Source: Leptospirales bacterium (lineage in GTDB: Bacteria; Spirochaetota; Leptospiria; Turneriellales; JAOUFE01). From it: a stretch of DNA of 53,767 nt. Every line of letters starts with the position of its first letter. Positions within the stretch are counted from its first letter, which is position 1. Position numbers and translations under genes: made by a program. Below the pieces are notes generated by a model. It saw nothing but the letters and a program-made list of their open reading frames with translations, was not told the origin of the DNA and ran no database searches. Positions 52,481-53,767 of this stretch are shown piece by piece. Where the stretch lies: positions 36,569 to 90,335 of the forward strand of contig JBEQLE010000006.1 of NCBI GenBank assembly GCA_040326155.1, read 5' to 3'.

Positions 52481-53713
52481 TTACTTGCGTTTTTGCAAAA
52501 TTGTTAATAAATAATCATCCGTTGCATTAAAAATGGGCTCTACTTCATTTTGCTTTACCATCATTGGAATTACCTTTGTACGCACACCCATACCTCTGGC
52601 ATCTACGTATTCGTAATCTCGTAAAATATCCATTATAATCGGATTTCGAGGTGATCTTTGGCCTGCAGTCATTTTTTCAACGGTCATAGAATTTGGCAAT
52701 TTGCCCGGACTGTTAATTTCCAATCGGTCCGAATAACTTGTGATTTCAATATCTACAGACCGTGTCCAATCACGATGCGCTATTGCATTAATAACAGATT
52801 CACGAATAGCCTCCCAAGGGTAGAACAACTGTTTCTCCCTTCTAAAATTATTATTGATTTCTGAACCTTCCTGTTCGATCCAGGGGGTAAGCATGGATGC
52901 CATTTTTTCGATTAAACCGTCACCAATTAGTTCAGCCTTTCCGGTATCGTCAACTCGCCACCTGCCGACGAATGGTGCATCGAGAATTTCATCCAGTTGT
53001 GCTTGATACTGCTTATCAACACTGGTAAAACTCATCATGCGAATACCTGCCTGGGGGAGAAAACGTCGCGGATGAATTCCAAAACAAAGTAGACCAGCGA
53101 TGGAACAAACGGTGTTACCATGTCCATCTTCAGATAAAAGCCCCATTGCGAGCAGACGTTTTTGCCATTCTCCTTTACTGTCCGGGACTTTTGGATCGCG
53201 AATGACATGTGACAAATAGTATTGCAATCGATCCATGTCGAGTTCGTTGATCGAAGTACCGGGAACCGGCAAGAGCTCAATATGGAGCAGACCACCGCTT
53301 TCAAAAAGTCGAAGTTGTTGCTCGCGAGACGCCAACTCAGAGCGATCTCCCATTCTTACATAGGTATCATCACGGTTGTTATGCTTTACAACATAAGGTT
53401 TAGAAATTCCCGCTGGTACCGTGACCACGGCTATGGATTTTTTTTCGTCCATCTTTATCTCTTCATAAAAAGGTATAACTTGGGGAAATATCTTGTCTCG
53501 AAAAATATTAAGAACCCACTCTTGTGTATTTGCCTGATGAAGTCCCGAAATTGTACCATCATCTTCAATACCCAAAAGAAGCCTTCCCCCTTGAAGATTT
53601 AAAAAGGCGACAACCTCTTTGGCTATCTGTTCTGGCCTTATATCATCACGCTTGAATTCTATACCAGAATTCTCACCATTGCTAATTATTTCTAATAATT
53701 CCGTTTTCAGCAT
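52481..53713 (-). CDS. AlbA_2 + HATPase_c_4 (RecG-C-like) putative DNA-binding ATPase
   Basis: GENSGIEFK..AFLNLQGG, RESVINAIAHRDW, SPGKL, RNP, GMGV. Confidence 0.88.
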   Translation of the reverse strand: MLKTELLEIISNGENSGIEFKRDDIRPEQIAKEVVAFLNLQGGRLLLGIEDDGTISGLHQANTQEWVLNIFRDKIFPQVIPFYEEIKMDEKKSIAVVTVPAGISKPYVVKHNNRDDTYVRMGDRSELASREQQLRLFESGGLLHIELLPVPGTSINELDMDRLQYYLSHVIRDPKVPDSKGEWQKRLLAMGLLSEDGHGNTVCSIAGLLCFGIHPRRFLPQAGIRMMSFTSVDKQYQAQLDEILDAPFVGRWRVDDTGKAELIGDGLIEKMASMLTPWIEQEGSEINNNFRREKQLFYPWEAIRESVINAIAHRDWTRSVDIEITSYSDRLEINSPGKLPNSMTVEKMTAGQRSPRNPIIMDILRDYEYVDARGMGVRTKVIPMMVKQNEVEPIFNATDDYLLTILQKRK

Positions 53714-53767
53714 AGGTTTTCTCAAAAATTATATTTTAATTTCCGTTGGTTGAATGCTTCTCGGCCA

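Noticed and set aside
53761..53767. Terminal TCGGCCA as a possible further 82-bp repeat
   Set aside because: Adjacent sequence lacks the other blocks and is truncated; it may be the end of an upstream gene.

Overview
AT-rich bacterial chromosomal window; the gene set is compatible with a Leptospirales-like spirochaete (inference). Most of it is housekeeping: a large NAD-glutamate dehydrogenase (partial), argF, coaE, kdsB, pth, ilvC-yebC-ruvC-ruvA, an MCP, comF, purC-purS-purQ-rsgA, a cyclic-nucleotide-gated K+ channel, surE, acs, RRM + DEAD-box helicase and monomeric icd. It ends in SWIM and SNF2 genes and a type I R-M region (hsdR plus two AlbA/Schlafen-domain genes). The most unusual signal is non-coding. 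At 8.5-10.4 kb an integron-type gene cassette (MBL-fold gene with a canonical attC) sits inside a second, ORF-less cassette-like unit. That unit is itself inserted at a G|TTA site in a dispersed inverted-repeat element built from 9-bp units. Empty or partial copies of this element occur at about 15.4, 18.7, 28.2 and 40.26 kb, and no integrase is present in the window. A second family of 82-83 bp repeats sits at gene 3' ends next to accessory modules. A duplicated hsdR 5' end brackets one accessory gene in the R-M locus.
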